Source of the DNA: Vicugna vicugna
Taxonomy: Eukaryota
Reading direction: 5' to 3'
DNA: 30,276 bases
Assembly (NCBI GenBank): GCA_013265495.1
Contig: MU058482.1
Location: forward strand, 62,001 to 92,276
This document shows, piece after piece, positions 1 through 11,820 of the stretch. Below the pieces are notes generated by a model. The model saw nothing but the letters and a program-made list of their open reading frames with translations. It had not been told where the DNA came from and ran no database searches. Numbering within the stretch: the first letter of the stretch is position 1; each line of letters opens with the position of its first letter. The position numbers and the translations under genes were made by a program.

Positions 1-471
1 ACCCAGAACACAGAAGTACTCTGCCGAGTCGCTCCAATGGGCTGACGTTTTCTTCAGGTGGAAGGAGGTTTCATTCCTCCTAAATTCAGCCATGAAACCT
101 TTGATGCCTGAAACAAAGCTGTTTCCAGACACGTACTTCAGGAGAAGCTGGGGTCCTTGGTTGGGGTACTGTACGTACCAGAAGAGAGACGGTGAATAAG
201 TGGATGAGTAGTTGCACCTCAGCTCCAGGCGGGCTCCTTCAGGGACAGTGATGCCGTGCCTGTCAGGCTGGGTCACTGACTGGGCTCCGGCTCCTCCTGA
301 AACATCAATGCTGTGTCAGTGAGACCAGAACAGACTTACCTATCAACAGACGGTTTCTCTATTCAGAGTCCAGTTGCAATACTGTACTTCTAGGGAACAA
401 GAAGATGGAAATGAATTTTACTCACTCAGGGCAAAAAGTGTCATAAGCACCAATACGGGAACCAAGCTCAT
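1..471 (-). CDS. TRAV8: TCR alpha V segment, TRAV8 subgroup; leader exon 426-471, intron 297-425, V exon 1-296 (3' end and RSS outside window)
   Basis: Leader [15 protein letters not shown] followed by GTGAGT donor; TTTCAG acceptor; open V exon (R)[98 protein letters not shown] with conserved Cys, Trp and YFC. Typical TRAV8-family sequence. Confidence 0.9.
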
Positions 472-778
472 ATCTGAGCAGTGAAGAAGCTGTGGGAGAC
501 TTTTTGAAGCTCTTCCCTGAGCAGGAAGGAATATGCTGAGGAAACTGCACTCTTGACCAAGGAAGAACAGGTATGGCTGGTGTCCTAGAACCTTGCCTAA
601 GCACGTTCCAGAGATGTTTGGAAGTCTCTTCCTTGACAAGTCTGGATGTTTTTCGGCTTCTAAATGCTCCTCACGTACCAATGTCTGCAAAGAGCTCCAG
701 CTGGACACCTCAGCCCGCTCTGTGAAGGAGGAGCTAAAGGACTGATGCTGTTCTTCAACCATAATTCTAGTTGTGCAA

Positions 779-797
779 CATCGCCCTCTGGAGGCCA
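779..797 (-). promoter_or_regulatory. CTCF-like motif upstream of TRAV8
   Basis: Minus strand TGGCCTCCAGAGGGCGATG closely resembles the CTCF consensus TGGCCACCAGGGGGCGCTA; ~310 nt upstream of the ATG. Confidence 0.65.
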
Positions 798-1149
798 AAC
801 GGAAGTAGTTCTTCTGGCACACCTTGCCATATCCTTTGCTAGTTCAGGCATTATTAGAGAGGGACTTGGGCAAACTTCTAACATCAGATAACTCAGGACT
901 ATTCCTTCCTTTCAGTTGAAACCATTATGGTCATAACCCCCGCAGACGCCGTTTTTCTTGTCCTTACGATTTCAGAGGCATGATGTGATTTGTGATTGTT
1001 TTGACGTTTTCGACTTCCCTGGTATATGAGTACGTGACCCTCTATGGTCCACACTGTTCATCCCAGGTGTGAAGACACACAAGATAAGGGAAATTAAAAG
1101 ACTTCACAGAAAGACTGATTGGATGAGGACAGTAGTCTTCTGAGTCATT

Positions 1150-1850
1150 ACTCATAGCAGGTTACATGGAAAGCATCAGAATAATACTTAGGGCAAGGAA
1201 ATCAGGTAGATTGACTCAGGCTCAGTTTTAGTTATGGAGTTGCTGGCAGGTTAAATTAGGGCCTCATGACAATTAAAACACACAGTTGTTGCTAGAAGAA
1301 GATTAAAAGAAAGAATACCCATCACTTCCATAGAATACATCCCAAAATCATCTATTCCAAAAAGTCAAGGCCATTCTAGCAGAAGGTGCAATCAAGAATG
1401 GGGATTTTTAGGCTAAAAAAAGGTTAAAAAATAAAAAAGAAGGAGTTCTTCTCAGTTGATAAGTGGTTAAAAGAACATAAAAAAATGAGAAAATGATGAA
1501 AGTATATTGTTTCTTTCCAAAATAAAAATGAAAGTGATTAGAAACTGCAGAGGGGGGAAATGTACAAGAAAGGAGTGCACTAAATGTAAAATTATTTTAA
1601 GAAACTCAGGGAATTTGGGAAAAGAAAAACCAACTAATGATGCTAGGAACAATTTTCTTTGGCTACTACATTGGGTTTTTAGACAGGAAATGTCCAATCC
1701 ACATTGCTTTGTATGTAGTGAACAAAATAACAAGATATCATATTTATAATAATATAATGGCATTTATTATTTATTAATTTTATAAACCAACCTCTAGACA
1801 AAAAATGAATAAAAATATTGACAGTTGAAAGAATAAAAAGGTACCAACAT
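1150..1850 (+). mobile_element. Old, degraded L1 (L1ME-like) fragments
   Basis: A-rich degenerate sequence resembling old L1 3' region; boundaries approximate. Confidence 0.35.
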
Positions 1851-2679
1851 AGTAGACAGTGTAAGGGGACAGAGCGGGCAGGAAGGGCTGAGCGAGAGCC
1901 TTGGTGGCTTCAACTCACATGGAGGAGAATGAACACACTGACCAACATGATGGACTGGTAGATAGAGGTGCATGCTTCATATTTGAAAAAACAGAAGTAA
2001 ATAGTAGTATCACTGTCAAATATGATATAAGTGAGCTGCAAAGTCTGCTTTTATTGTGGGGATTGAATGAATATTAACTAAATTTAGTTAAACAAAGAGG
2101 AGTTTTCTGGTTTCTCATCATTTCAACTAAGGCTAAGGACAATGTGGATAAGTTTCTATAAAATCTAAATTGAGAAGTTAGATCCATCCAACAGGACTTG
2201 GTAAGAGTGATAAATTTGCCATGAGACCCTAAGCCTTCACCTGCCCCCATCCTAGGCGAGAAGTTCAGATGCAGAAGGGAAGAGAGAATTATTTGGAAAT
2301 TCTTCAGAGACAGGTCTCTGTGGGATTTCCTCTGTCTTTGTCCCAGGAAAGAGAATATTGTCTCCTCCTTCAAGCTAACTGAGGGTAGCATCAGAACTCT
2401 TCTGAAAACTGGGAAGTAATTTGCCAGAGGATAAAACTGAGACATGTTTCTCCTCAGCTGAATGCTTGCTGCAATGCAGAAACTTGCAGGAGAGGCCTGC
2501 CCTGCTCTGCCAACAGAAGGGAGTACAAGAAAGTTCCTAGGATGATCTGATATATGACCTCCTGTAGTTTGAGGGGATAGAGACTGGTGTCTGACTCTTG
2601 CCTGGAAAGATCTGTGGGAAGAGGTCTGCTGGGACCACCTCTGTTGGCAGATTGAGGAGAGAAAGTTTTTAATTGCCTC

Positions 2680-2860
2680 ATTCTTAAATAATAAAGTAAC
2701 CAGGAATCAGCAGAAATTTAGAGAAAGTCTGCCATGCGAATGAAGATTGAGATAAACAAATTTAAAATGACCCTAAAGACAGCAGAGATAATTCAATAAA
2801 CAGGAAAAAAAAAAAAAGCTTTACAAAAATTCTAATTGACCGTCTCAAAGAAATGTAATT
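2680..2860 (+). mobile_element. HAL1-like fragment
   Basis: AACCAGGAATCAGCAGAAATTTAGAGAAAG...CAGAGATAATTCA resembles the HAL1 consensus as recalled; may extend further left. Confidence 0.35.
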
Positions 2861-3369
2861 AAACAACTAGACCACAATGGAACAGGAGCATAATGGCCTC
2901 TAGGAAGAAAGGGAATTTGAAAGAATAAATTAAATTGAGGAGTTTAAAGAGATTGATATTGGGATTAAAAGTAGGGGGAAGGAAAGAAATTAGAAACGCT
3001 ATGAAAATGAAAAAACTATACAAGAAAGGATATGTAATTATGGTATATTTTTACTTGTGGTGATGGTTGTAATACCTACCCTATTATTATTAATTTTCAG
3101 CTTTAAAGATCAACTCTCCCAGAGGATATGACCTAACTCTCAAAAGACAATCACCTAATATTTTCCAAAGTCTTGGCTCACAAGGTCTTTAATTCTTATC
3201 TCACACATAATCTACTTATTATACATAATTAATATTCTTATATTTTATGGAAAAGTTCTAAAAGTTTATACATCAAAAAGTAAATTATGGTTATCTAAGG
3301 ATATTGAGATAAGGGGACATTTTTATTTCTTTGTCCATTTTATTTATCACTGTTCTCTAGACTTTCTAC

Positions 3370-3497
3370 TGCTATGGTAGTGCTTTATTACATTGATGAT
3401 TCTCAATGAATCATGCTTCCTGATATTCACAGCCTTGCATAGTCCCTTCCCCTCTCCATGGATCTGGGAGGGCCCTGTGATTCACATAACCAATGAG
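3370..3497 (+). mobile_element. MaLR LTR (MLT1-type) 5' fragment
   Basis: ATTCACAGCCTTGCATAGTCCCTTCCCC...GGCCCTGTGATTCACATAACCAATGAGA is typical of the MLT1F/G/H 5' portion. Confidence 0.55.
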
Positions 3498-3909
3498 ATT
3501 TTCTCTGTAATTATACAAAGCTCTGAACATTTTGAAATCATTTATTAATACAGACAGTCCTTAGCCTGGAGGCAGAGTTGCTCATCCATTCCTGGGAGTC
3601 CAGAATCACCAATCATTCCATGAATCATCACTTACCTGTCTGAACCTTGAAAGCTTCATGGTGGGGATCATTAGGCCAAAAAAGTCATGTGATCTTTAGA
3701 GAAAAACAGCTGATCAATTTGTTGATTTTGGGGGGGGGGTCAGAGATAGCAAGACCATGAGTTTTCTCTCCCTGAAAAAAAAGTTCTTATATTTGTTTAG
3801 GGCTTCTTCATTTTATGATAAGATTTGATGTCATCTTCCAATAGCTCTGTAGGGTTGGCAGATCAGGTTTAATAACTTCAGAATGTACAGAAATGATAAT
3901 GCAAGATAT

Positions 3910-4130
3910 TGACAGCTTTTGTCTAATGAGAGCTGATTAAGTGCAGGATCTTTGGCATAATGTTATTTTAACCTCCTAGCAGCCCTGGAACATGTATTGT
4001 GACCCCCATTGACAGAAGCGGTATTGAAGCTCAGCTACCATAAATATTTGATTCAAGTCAAACTTAAGAGTAACAGGTCTCAGATTCAAACCCAGGAATG
4101 CCCAGCTCCAGAGCTTATTCTTTTTCCACT
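3910..4130 (-). mobile_element. MIR SINE
   Basis: CCCCATTGACAGAAGCGGTATTGAAGCTCAG and GATTCAAACCCAGG are MIR core motifs. Confidence 0.6.
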
Positions 4131-4658
4131 ATTTTGCTACTCAAGGCCATGTAGCAAAGATGAAGCACAACTAGAATCAGAACTGGCTGCTTCTAACCCC
4201 AGTGCTCTTTCAACCATCACTCACTGGCTATTATTCTAAAATGTTCAACATGCAGGTTCCTGTTTATAAAACTAGAACTTAAAATTAGACCTAACTGTGT
4301 TGTTTCCTCGTAGCCCATGGCTCCTTGAGAGAACCTGGACCATATTTCCAGTTCCTCTGTCTCTGAGATAAAGCTCTTTTCCTCTAGACTTACAACCAAG
4401 GCATTATTCAACTGTGATCTCATGAACAGGGAAGGAATGAAACTCCAATGTGGAAAGAAAACATTTTGAAGGTTTATCCAGGCTAATATTCCACCTATAA
4501 TTTCCTTTTGTGGATCAATTATCTCTGGAATAGTCTAACGTCTTCCTTAGATAACCACACACAGCCTCTCAGATATGATAAAGGTATTCATTTTCATAGG
4601 CAGATAGAAACCTTACAAAGATTTCTCTCTACCCCACCCTCTCAACTGTCATGTCAGG

Positions 4659-5269
4659 AGTGTGGCTAGAGGCTCCAGGCTCATGGGGATGACTGTGAAC
4701 TTGCTTTGCAGATGTAAGTGTCTGAATCTCCAGCCGTCAAATCTGTGTTGTGCAGGAAGGTGTATTTCTTGTCTTTGTTCAATGCTGTGAATCTTCTTTT
4801 CTCATTTTTTTCCATTTGAGATTATCAAGTCAGAAGCCTGGAGCTTTTTCCAAGGTATTATCTGCACCATGTGAAGTGCTGGAAATCGTGGTCTTCTTAA
4901 GTGACCTTGAGAGAAGAACAGACTGTATCCTAAACATTCAGTGACCTGGCACTCAGTTCCACATTCAGCAGGCTCGTCTCCCGTGTTTAGAAAGACGTCA
5001 GCCAAAGGAGATGAGTTTTTGGGCTGTAATGATCTAGAATTATCTGCTTTTGCCCAATACTACTTCCCTACCACATCCTAAGATGAGCTAGATGGAAGCA
5101 CGCTCCCAGCCCATGGTGTAGCCCTGTCAGTCTCAACAGAAAACGTCAAGTATTGTGTTCCCTGTTGCCAAACTCAGTGACACCCCCACCAAAAATAAGT
5201 AATAATAATGTCCTCACAGTCCTGCTGAAGCCACAGGAGCACTGGCAAGTTTCCCAGGAACTGTATTAT
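4659..5269 (-). pseudogene. Decayed TRAV pseudogene (relic), subgroup unassigned; leader exon 5218-5269, V exon ~4698-4982, RSS 4659-4697
   Basis: Leader IIQFLGNLPVLLWLQQD plus GTGAGG donor, with ATA in place of ATG. Acceptor AG lost. V exon reads LLNVELSARSLNV*DTVCSSLKVT*EDHDFQHFTWCR*YLGKSSRLL..(probable frameshift)..RRFTALNKDKKYTFLHNTDLTAGDSDTYICKAS. Followed by CACAGTC, 23 nt, AGCCACACT. Confidence 0.85.
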
Positions 5270-5969
5270 TCCCGTCTCCCTTTGGCCCCCAAAGACCCAA
5301 CTGTGAAAAGTGATAATGACCCAGAATCCCTGTTTCTGCTTCATATGTTGCAAAAATAATCCATCATACAGTCAGAAAAAGAAAAACTCTCTCACTCCCC
5401 ACCATCATCATCTCCATTCTCCTTGCCACGCTATCCACAACAGGGCAGTGGGACAAAAGAAAAGAGAAAGAGAGCAAAAGATCTAAACTCAGGGGAGACT
5501 TGGAAACCATCTTATAGATGCTTGGAATACCAAAGAAATGTTCAAAATTTGTGTGACAATAAATAATAATCTGACACTTAGGCTGAATTTTTCAAAAGCT
5601 GAAAAACATGTTGTCCAAAATGACCACATGCAATGTGCATATAAGAGCATTTAGTGTGTGTGCGTGCGTGCGCGCATGAGCTGAGGGGCAACTTTGAGCT
5701 AAGTAACAATAGTATAAATACCACAGAGTGCCTGATTTTGTATAATTGAGTAGCTCAGAGACAAAGATGGGAAAAAGTCATTACACTGTATTCCTTTTTA
5801 TTTTTTTGAAATTTTAGACCATGTAAATGAAACATCTACTTTAAAAGGAAATAAGATCAAATTTTATTATCAAGTAGTACATGGGTTTGCTAATACCTTC
5901 TGAAAATAATAAGTAAACGTTGTAAGAGTGCTACTTTGGGGGTCCCCTGGGCTGTGACTCACCCCAAGG

Positions 5970-6008
5970 GGGATGTTGCACAGGTGCAGCCCCCTCTGTC
6001 TCACTGTG
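5970..6008 (-). other. 23-RSS of TRAV4
   Basis: Heptamer CACAGTG (6008-6002), 23-nt spacer, non-consensus nonamer CAACATCCC of the TRAV4/TRAV26 type. Confidence 0.9.
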
Positions 6009-6774
6009 TGTCACTCACGATGCAGTAGTACACAGCGGTGTCTCTCAGGGTAGCCCAGGGCAGGCTCAGGGTGCTGGACTTCCTGTCGGTAGGGATGAAC
6101 AGAGATGCCACCTCATTTGCTGCATTTGTCTTATACCCTTGAATGACAAACTGTGGTCCTTGGTTGGGGAACTGTCGGTACCAGAAGATATATTCATTTG
6201 TAGCAATGTTGGTGTGGTTACAAGGTATATTCACTTCTTGTCCTTCATATGAGTCAATGAAGACGGGCTGGATGGTCTTAGCGAGGCTCAAAGTACCTGT
6301 GTGAAATTGAAAACACAACACTAGCTCCTCCTATCCTGAAACCGATTGAAAGTCCAACTCAGCACCTTCCAGGTTCTTCCTCAAGTAAATCCATCCCACC
6401 CTCTACTCCCCCACCATTTACAGACACATACAATTTAATTCTCACTTGGGTGTCAAGACGAATTTTTTTTATATTTATTCTGAGGAATCCAAGGAACACA
6501 TGAACAGAAGTGGCAGGTCTAATTTCTCCCTCCCATGGATGGACCAGAGCTTAGTAACCCAGAATATTTTTATTGCTCTTACCCCTCATAGAAATGCTAA
6601 GAAACTGCCTGGAGAAAAACAGGACCCCAAAGCCATCCCTCAAATTTTGGATAAAGAGCAATGAATGGCAGGTAAGTTTATAGATCCCTGTCCAGAACTG
6701 GATCCCAATTACCTTTTATCCCCAAATAACTCACCCAAGATCAGGAGCACAGTCACTCTTGTCATCTGTCTCAT
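6009..6774 (-). CDS. TRAV4: TCR alpha V segment TRAV4; leader exon 6735-6774, V exon 6009-6296; appears functional
   Basis: Leader [13 protein letters not shown](G) with GTGAGT donor; ACAG acceptor; V region [24 protein letters not shown]...WYRQ...[11 protein letters not shown] is close to human TRAV4. Confidence 0.93.
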
Positions 6775-7514
6775 ATTCTAGGTGTAAACCAGGGACCCAG
6801 GGACTAGGTTCTGTTGCTGAGTCTGAGCCTGGAGCAGGTTATGAACCAGGGGAGAGGCACAGCAGCGACTGCCAGGGCCCATACTAGCAGCTCACACAGG
6901 GCTGTCCCCGAGCAAGCCAATCGCAGGGTGACAGCTGCTCAGAATGGTCTTCCTGTAAGGTTCAACTGAGCACTCAGGAAGAAAGATGGGGGTAAAAACC
7001 TCCAGCACAACAGTATAGCAGCCCAGCCTGGCTTTTAGATCTTTGCTAAGGTCTGATCTTTTATACATTTGGTTTGAATGAAACAAACGTATCAGAGGGT
7101 AGATTCCACTGGGCTCCTTACTCCCCAACACTCTTCCACAGTCCTAGAAGGTGGTCATCTACTGTGGTCAGTCTCATACTCATGGAGCTCTGAGAATAAC
7201 CCATCTGACCTGGTACTTCGTGCCCAGAAGTCCCCCATTGACTCCTACGTAAGATGAAATGGAATCTTAATCTTCTTCCACAAAAGACCAGATGAGACGA
7301 TCTGAACTGGACTTTTCATCTCCTGACACGCTGGTGTCCTTGTATAATTACACTAAGTCCACATCTTACATCTGCTACTCAAATCTCACTTAACAGATGT
7401 TAAACAGGAGAATGGACCCCTCACTAGTCCCTGCTGGTCAGATAGGAAAGGACATTTGATGTGGAATCAGTCTCCACGCCAGAGAGGAAGTAAGGAGAAG
7501 AAGAAGAGGCACAA

Positions 7515-7637
7515 GTTCAGAGTCAGACAGACCTAAATCCAAATCCCAGCTCTGCCACCTTGTGACCTTGGACAGCTCACTCCTCTGAGCCTCAGTTTCT
7601 TCATCTGTAAAACAGGGACAATAACACCTACTTCAGA
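7515..7637 (+). mobile_element. MIR SINE
   Basis: AAATCCCAGCTCTGCCACC...TGTGACCTTGGAC...CTCTGAGCCTCAGTTTCTTCATCTGTAAAA. Confidence 0.85.
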
Positions 7638-7819
7638 GTCAGCCTATGTTATACAGTCAGCAGTAAACTGTAATTCCTTCCCATTCCTTTCCTTCTTCTC
7701 TAAACCACATGCCTCGTACCATAGCCAGTAGAGAGCAGTTGTGTAGGATTATATATGTGATTAAAAATATATATATATATATTATTCACTCTTCCTTCAA
7801 AAAATGTCCAACACAAATT

Positions 7820-7866
7820 CACAAAAATTAAAAACAAAAACAACACAAAAATTAAAAACAAAAACA
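7820..7866. repeat. 24-bp-period tandem duplication
   Basis: CACAAAAATTAAAAACAAAAACA at 7820-7842 and 7844-7866. Confidence 0.8.
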
Positions 7867-8846
7867 GAACATCCATTCAGGAAAAGAGCTAAATCCATAA
7901 GACACTATAATGTTAATTGAATCAGCGAAATGCAATAATCCGACATGTTAGCACTCACATTAATGTGGAAGACATAGTGGTGTGTTGGGTTCTTTGCTCA
8001 TAAAATATGGGAAAGGAAAAGCACTAGAAAATATTGGGGGAGGGCATCTTCTAGGTCAAGAATTGCCCAGTGTATTCTGAGTGACCAATTTTTTCACTTT
8101 CCCGTGGACAAGATCGGTGAGTGATGATGACTTCTGGTAACGCTTTGACAGAGTGGATATCACAAGGCACAGAATAAATAACCAGCTTGCCTTCAGGATC
8201 AGGCAGAGGAGAAAGAAGCATTTGTAAGGGAGCTAAAGAGGCTAGGACCTTGAACGGAAATAGAACATAAAAGGGTTACATTTTAGAATCATCTCTTGAT
8301 AACAGCGACCCCATGTGGTAAATAGAGTTGAACAGAAAAAATGCTTCACAAAAGTCAACAGTCGCAGACACAGGCAATTTGTGAAATGTCTGTCATACTT
8401 CTTTGTTAAGTGCAGTAGCCAGTAGTTTGGCTTGGTCACATGGACCACGGAGGATCTAGACCAACTAGTCGTAAGCATGTCTCTGGACACATTATTTGTG
8501 CAATTTTGTGCAAATCGCTTATCCTCGAAAGGCACAGTTTCTTCATCTGTGTATGAGAGACTATGGAGATTAATTAAATGAACATAATAAAGTTTCTTCT
8601 ACACTATAGAGTTCTATATAAATACAAACTATGTTTAATATAGGAAATAACACAAGACCAAAATGATCTTATCTTCTCAGGCCAACAAGTGGAACTTGAT
8701 GTTTCTATGCTGCTGTCTATTAACTCACTTAGGAGAATATTACTGGACATCAAGCAACTAGAGGAAGAAACGCTAGAAGCTTTTCTATGTTGCAGCCTTT
8801 GGAATGAAAGTAATCATTAATGGTTGTGTTGTGTTGTGTTGTGTTG

Positions 8847-9460
8847 TGTTATGCATTGAATTTTTTCCCTCCCTACTTCCCTGCCCCAAAAAAGATCTGT
8901 TGGAGTCCTAACCCCTAGTACCTCAGAATACGATCTTATTTAGAGTTCGGTATTTACAGAAGTAATAAGTTAAAATGAAGTTTTTAAACAATAAGTTCTA
9001 CAAATTTAAAAAATGAAATTGGGAGGAAAGTATATAGCCCAAGTGGTAGAGTGCATGCTTAGCATACACAAGGTTCTGGGTTCAATCCCCAGTACGCCCT
9101 CTAAAACATAATAATAAATAATAAAAGACTGCATTACGATGAAAAATAAAATTATTTTTAATGAAGTTATTTGGTGGACTCTAATCCAACATGACTAGTG
9201 TCCTTATAAGAAAAGGGAAATTTGGACACGAAGACAGATGCAAATAAAGCAAAACAATGTGAAGAGACACAGAGAAAAGACGGCCATCTACAAGCCAAGG
9301 AGAGAGGAGCCTGGAACAAACCCTTCCCTCACAGCCCTCAGAAGGAAACAACCCTGCTGACACCATCATCTTGGGCTTTGAGCTTCCAGAACTGTGAAAC
9401 AAGAAATTTCTGTTGTTTAAGCCACCTGGTTTGTTGCAGTGGCCCTAGCAAACAAATATA
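8847..9460 (+). mobile_element. MLT1B/C-like MaLR solo LTR, interrupted by a SINE; (GTGTT)n at its left edge
   Basis: Starts TGTTATG; contains GTACCTCAGAAT, CTAATCCAACATGACTAGTGTCCTTATAAGAA and CTTCCAGAACTGTGAAACAAGAAATTTCTGTTGTTTAAGCCACC; ends GCCCTAGCAAACAAATATA. Confidence 0.85.
9021..9160 (+). mobile_element. tRNA-derived SINE (camelid Vic-1-like)
   Basis: A-box TAGCCCAAGTGG, B-box GGTTCAATCCC, A-rich tail; AATGAAGTT repeated at 8974-8982 and 9160-9168 (likely TSD) within the MLT1 LTR. Confidence 0.8.
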
Positions 9461-9699
9461 TGGTGCTAATAACTATGTTATATGTCATATACGCTCCTCT
9501 GAAATACCTTTTTAGTGTTCACTCCTGGGTCAACACAGGAGCATATATGTGCATTAATGTTATTTGTTATATATATTGTAATAAAAAACTAAAACCCTTA
9601 TTAAAGCAAATTTTAGAAATTTCCTGAGATTAAGAAAGAAAACCATGCCCTATAGCAAAAGCCACCAACCGAAGATATATTTTGAATTTTTAAAAAGTA

Positions 9700-10240
9700 G
9701 GTTTTTCTCTGGTTATTAAAGTAATGAATTCTAAATTTCAGAATTTGGAAAATATGGAAAAGTCTAAAACCTAAAACTCATACGTAATGCCATATCCCAG
9801 AAATATTATTGATAATATTTGGATATATTTCTTTTCAGTCCTTTGTCTATGCATAAATATTTTTTGCAAAATTGGATTGCATGTGCACATACACACAGAT
9901 ACATACACACACACACACACACACACGCACGCACACACACATTTGGGTGCCCTGGAGGGTTTTAACTTAATGTTATTTCATAAATATTTTTGCCTGTCAA
10001 TAAATATACATAGAATTTCAATTCTAATTGAAAATATTCCTCAAAATATTCCAAGATGGAGATGTATTATAATTTACTCACCAATTTTCCTAGTATTAAA
10101 TATTTGGATTTTAGAAAGAATGTTATGACAAAGACCTTTGTATGTAAATCTCTGTCTAAACGTCCAGCTATTTTTTTTAGACTAGCTTTTACAAAAGGAA
10201 TTTCCTTGATTAAAGAGTAAGAATATTTTAAGATTCTCGG
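9700..10240 (-). mobile_element. Old L1 (L1ME-like) 3' fragment containing a (CA)n microsatellite at ~9885-9941
   Basis: T-rich antisense L1-like sequence (TATAATTTACTCACCAATTTTCCTAGTATTAAATATTTGGAT). Confidence 0.5.
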
Positions 10241-10249
10241 TAAGTATTA

Positions 10250-10600
10250 ACTTACTCAATTAAACAATATTTGTGGAGCCCCTACTCAGGTCAGGCACTG
10301 AACTCGACACTGGATATTCAATGATGAGAAATACCCAGTGGTCTAGTGAGAAGGAAGAGAATTTTAAAAGTAGCAATAGCCCTTATGATAACTACCTTGA
10401 TAGGGAATGTACAGTACTATAGGAACATACAGGTACTGAAACTGCTTAAATAGTGGAGTTCCAGGAACCCTTCTCAGGCAGAGTGACACCTAAACTAAAA
10501 TTTAAGAGAACAGAAGGGAAGAACCTGGTAACGACTTGGTCAAGTCGGAAGAGGCAGAAGGAAGAGCATCTAGACATACCTGGAAGCGAGAGAGTGAATG
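10250..10600 (-). mobile_element. L2 LINE 3' fragment
   Basis: AAACAATATTTGTGGAGCCCCTACTCAGGTCAGGCACTG is typical of an antisense L2 3' end. Confidence 0.6.
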
Positions 10601-11379
10601 ACACTTGGGTAGACAGTGGTTCCACTGTTTGCTATAGAAAACAAGCAAACAAACAAACAAACAGGGAATAAGATTGACCTGTTTTGTTTTGTATCTTTTG
10701 TTTAGAGAAGGAGAGAAGATGAAGCACTAAGCTTTGCACCACTTAATTTTAGGAGCTTCTGGATTCTTGCAGAGGACCCAGTGAAATTCTTTATACAATC
10801 GGAAAAAGAACAGAGTCGGGGCAGAAGACGGCTCCATGGAGGGTGGTTCTTCTTTGGCAGAGGTGCCCAGGCAAGGGCAAGTTCTCACATGATGGAGAAG
10901 GTAGCTGTCCACATCTAGTATTCTCAGGAAAACCAGGACAATTTTCTGCTCCCCTCCCCCAAATGTTTCTCTACACTTTCCCTTCTCTAAAATGCTTAAA
11001 ATTGTATTTCAGAGACAAAAATGGACAGACAAAGAGAAAGACCGACAGACAGAGAGAGAGGTCAACATTAAGTCCAGGCCCTCTCAAGGGTGTACATAAG
11101 ATGTGAACTTAGGAGCCTACATGTTTAAACTACATATTTAAATTTTCCCTTGATTCGAATTCTCCCGTTACGTACTCTCTCTCTCCTTCCTTCACAGCTA
11201 ATTTACCTCTACTTTTTTCATCTCACACAGCATTCTGTGCAATTCTCAATCTTAGCACTTACCAAATTGTTAGTTTACTGCTCATTCCTAAAATGAACAC
11301 TTTTTAAAACAGGGAGCACTTTGGGAGTTAGGGCTAGACCACCGCTGAAATTACAGTCTCACGAGCCAGTGGGCTGATG

Positions 11380-11670
11380 GAGAAGTGGCGTGGTTAGACC
11401 ACACACCTGAGAGGCAGACTGCCTGGGTTTCAATTGACTGTGTATTGGTTTTGTGACTTGAGCGAGACACTTGCTCTCTGTGCCTTACTTTCTTCATCTG
11501 TTAAGTGAAGCTCATGTTAATAGTTGTGAGAATTAATTGGGTTCATGAATGTTTGGGATCACACCTGGAACCTCGAGATCAAGGATGGCTTCTTTCACCT
11601 TTTCATGATCAGTGCTCAGCACAGGGCCTGGCGCAGAAGGATTCAATAAATACTTGCCAAATGAACAAAT
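11380..11670 (+). mobile_element. MIR followed by an L2 3' end
   Basis: CAGACTGCCTGGGTTTCAA...CTTTCTTCATCTGTTAA (MIR); AGCACAGGGCCTGGCGCAGAAGGATTCAATAAATACTTG (L2). Confidence 0.65.
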
Positions 11671-11781
11671 TCTGTGGCTTTAAATGGTAATTTAGTTATG
11701 ATGAGTGACGTATCCTAGAACTGCACTCCCCCTTGTGGAGGGACATCAAGGCTTCAGGAAAACATTTTTTCTGTACTCAGA

Positions 11782-11820
11782 GGTTTGTATTCAGCGATCC
11801 CTACAGCCCCCACCACTGTG
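11782..11820 (-). other. 23-RSS of TRAV3
   Basis: CACAGTG (11820-11814), 23 nt, ATACAAACC (11790-11782). Confidence 0.93.

Noticed and set aside
418..822. 134-aa ORF
   Set aside because: Only the last ~16 codons are the TRAV8 leader; the rest is promoter read-through.
9021..9100. tRNA gene
   Set aside because: It has A/B boxes but a degenerate acceptor stem, an A-rich tail and a TSD inside an LTR, so it is a tRNA-derived SINE.
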